Below, in pieces: positions 63,620-64,000 of a stretch of DNA of 64,000 bases. Position numbers and translations under genes: made by a program. Each line of letters opens with the position of its first letter. Position 1 is the stretch's first letter. Origin of the DNA: the human T2T-CHM13v2.0 reference genome, Homo sapiens. The notes under the pieces are model-generated. The model was given only the letters and a program-made list of their open reading frames with translations. It was not told where the DNA came from and did no database searches. The stretch is taken from contig CP068257.2 in NCBI GenBank assembly GCA_009914755.4, positions 6,304,001 to 6,368,000 of the forward strand, given 5' to 3'.

Positions 63620-64000
<381 letters not shown>

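Overview
This window is human (primate) nuclear DNA, not prokaryotic. There are no CRISPR arrays, operons, tRNA or rRNA genes, or bacterial defence systems; what I can report as undescribed are structural arrangements, not a novel biological system. The window has two architectural halves. (1) Positions 1-30840 are classical 68-bp beta-satellite (Sau3A family, period 68-69 bp, a GATC site in every monomer), arranged in two same-orientation blocks of about 19.3 kb and 7.2 kb. The blocks flank a roughly 2.4-kb GC-rich D4Z4-like unit (21263-23625) carrying a full-length but multiply disabled DUX4-like double-homeobox pseudogene on the minus strand. A second rearranged mosaic of D4Z4-like pieces at 1-1950 includes a truncated DUX4-like 5' fragment with an intact first homeodomain. 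The beta-satellite shows a variable higher-order periodicity of about 2-2.8 kb. (2) A 5'-truncated L1 (30841-34142, plus strand, with an ORF2 reverse-transcriptase remnant and a poly-A tail) begins exactly where the satellite ends. From 34143 to 64000 the sequence is AT-rich and unique, densely populated by Alu elements (about 30 copies or fragments, several with visible target-site duplications), L1 3'-end fragments, microsatellites and a possible solitary LTR. Inside this unique part there is a set of low-copy direct and inverted duplications (44.7-46.2 kb versus 57.6-60.7 kb) that includes an approximately 250-bp-arm palindrome. I found no convincing cellular protein-coding exon. Most six-frame ORFs are artifacts of satellite periodicity, GC-rich antisense frames or Alu sequence.
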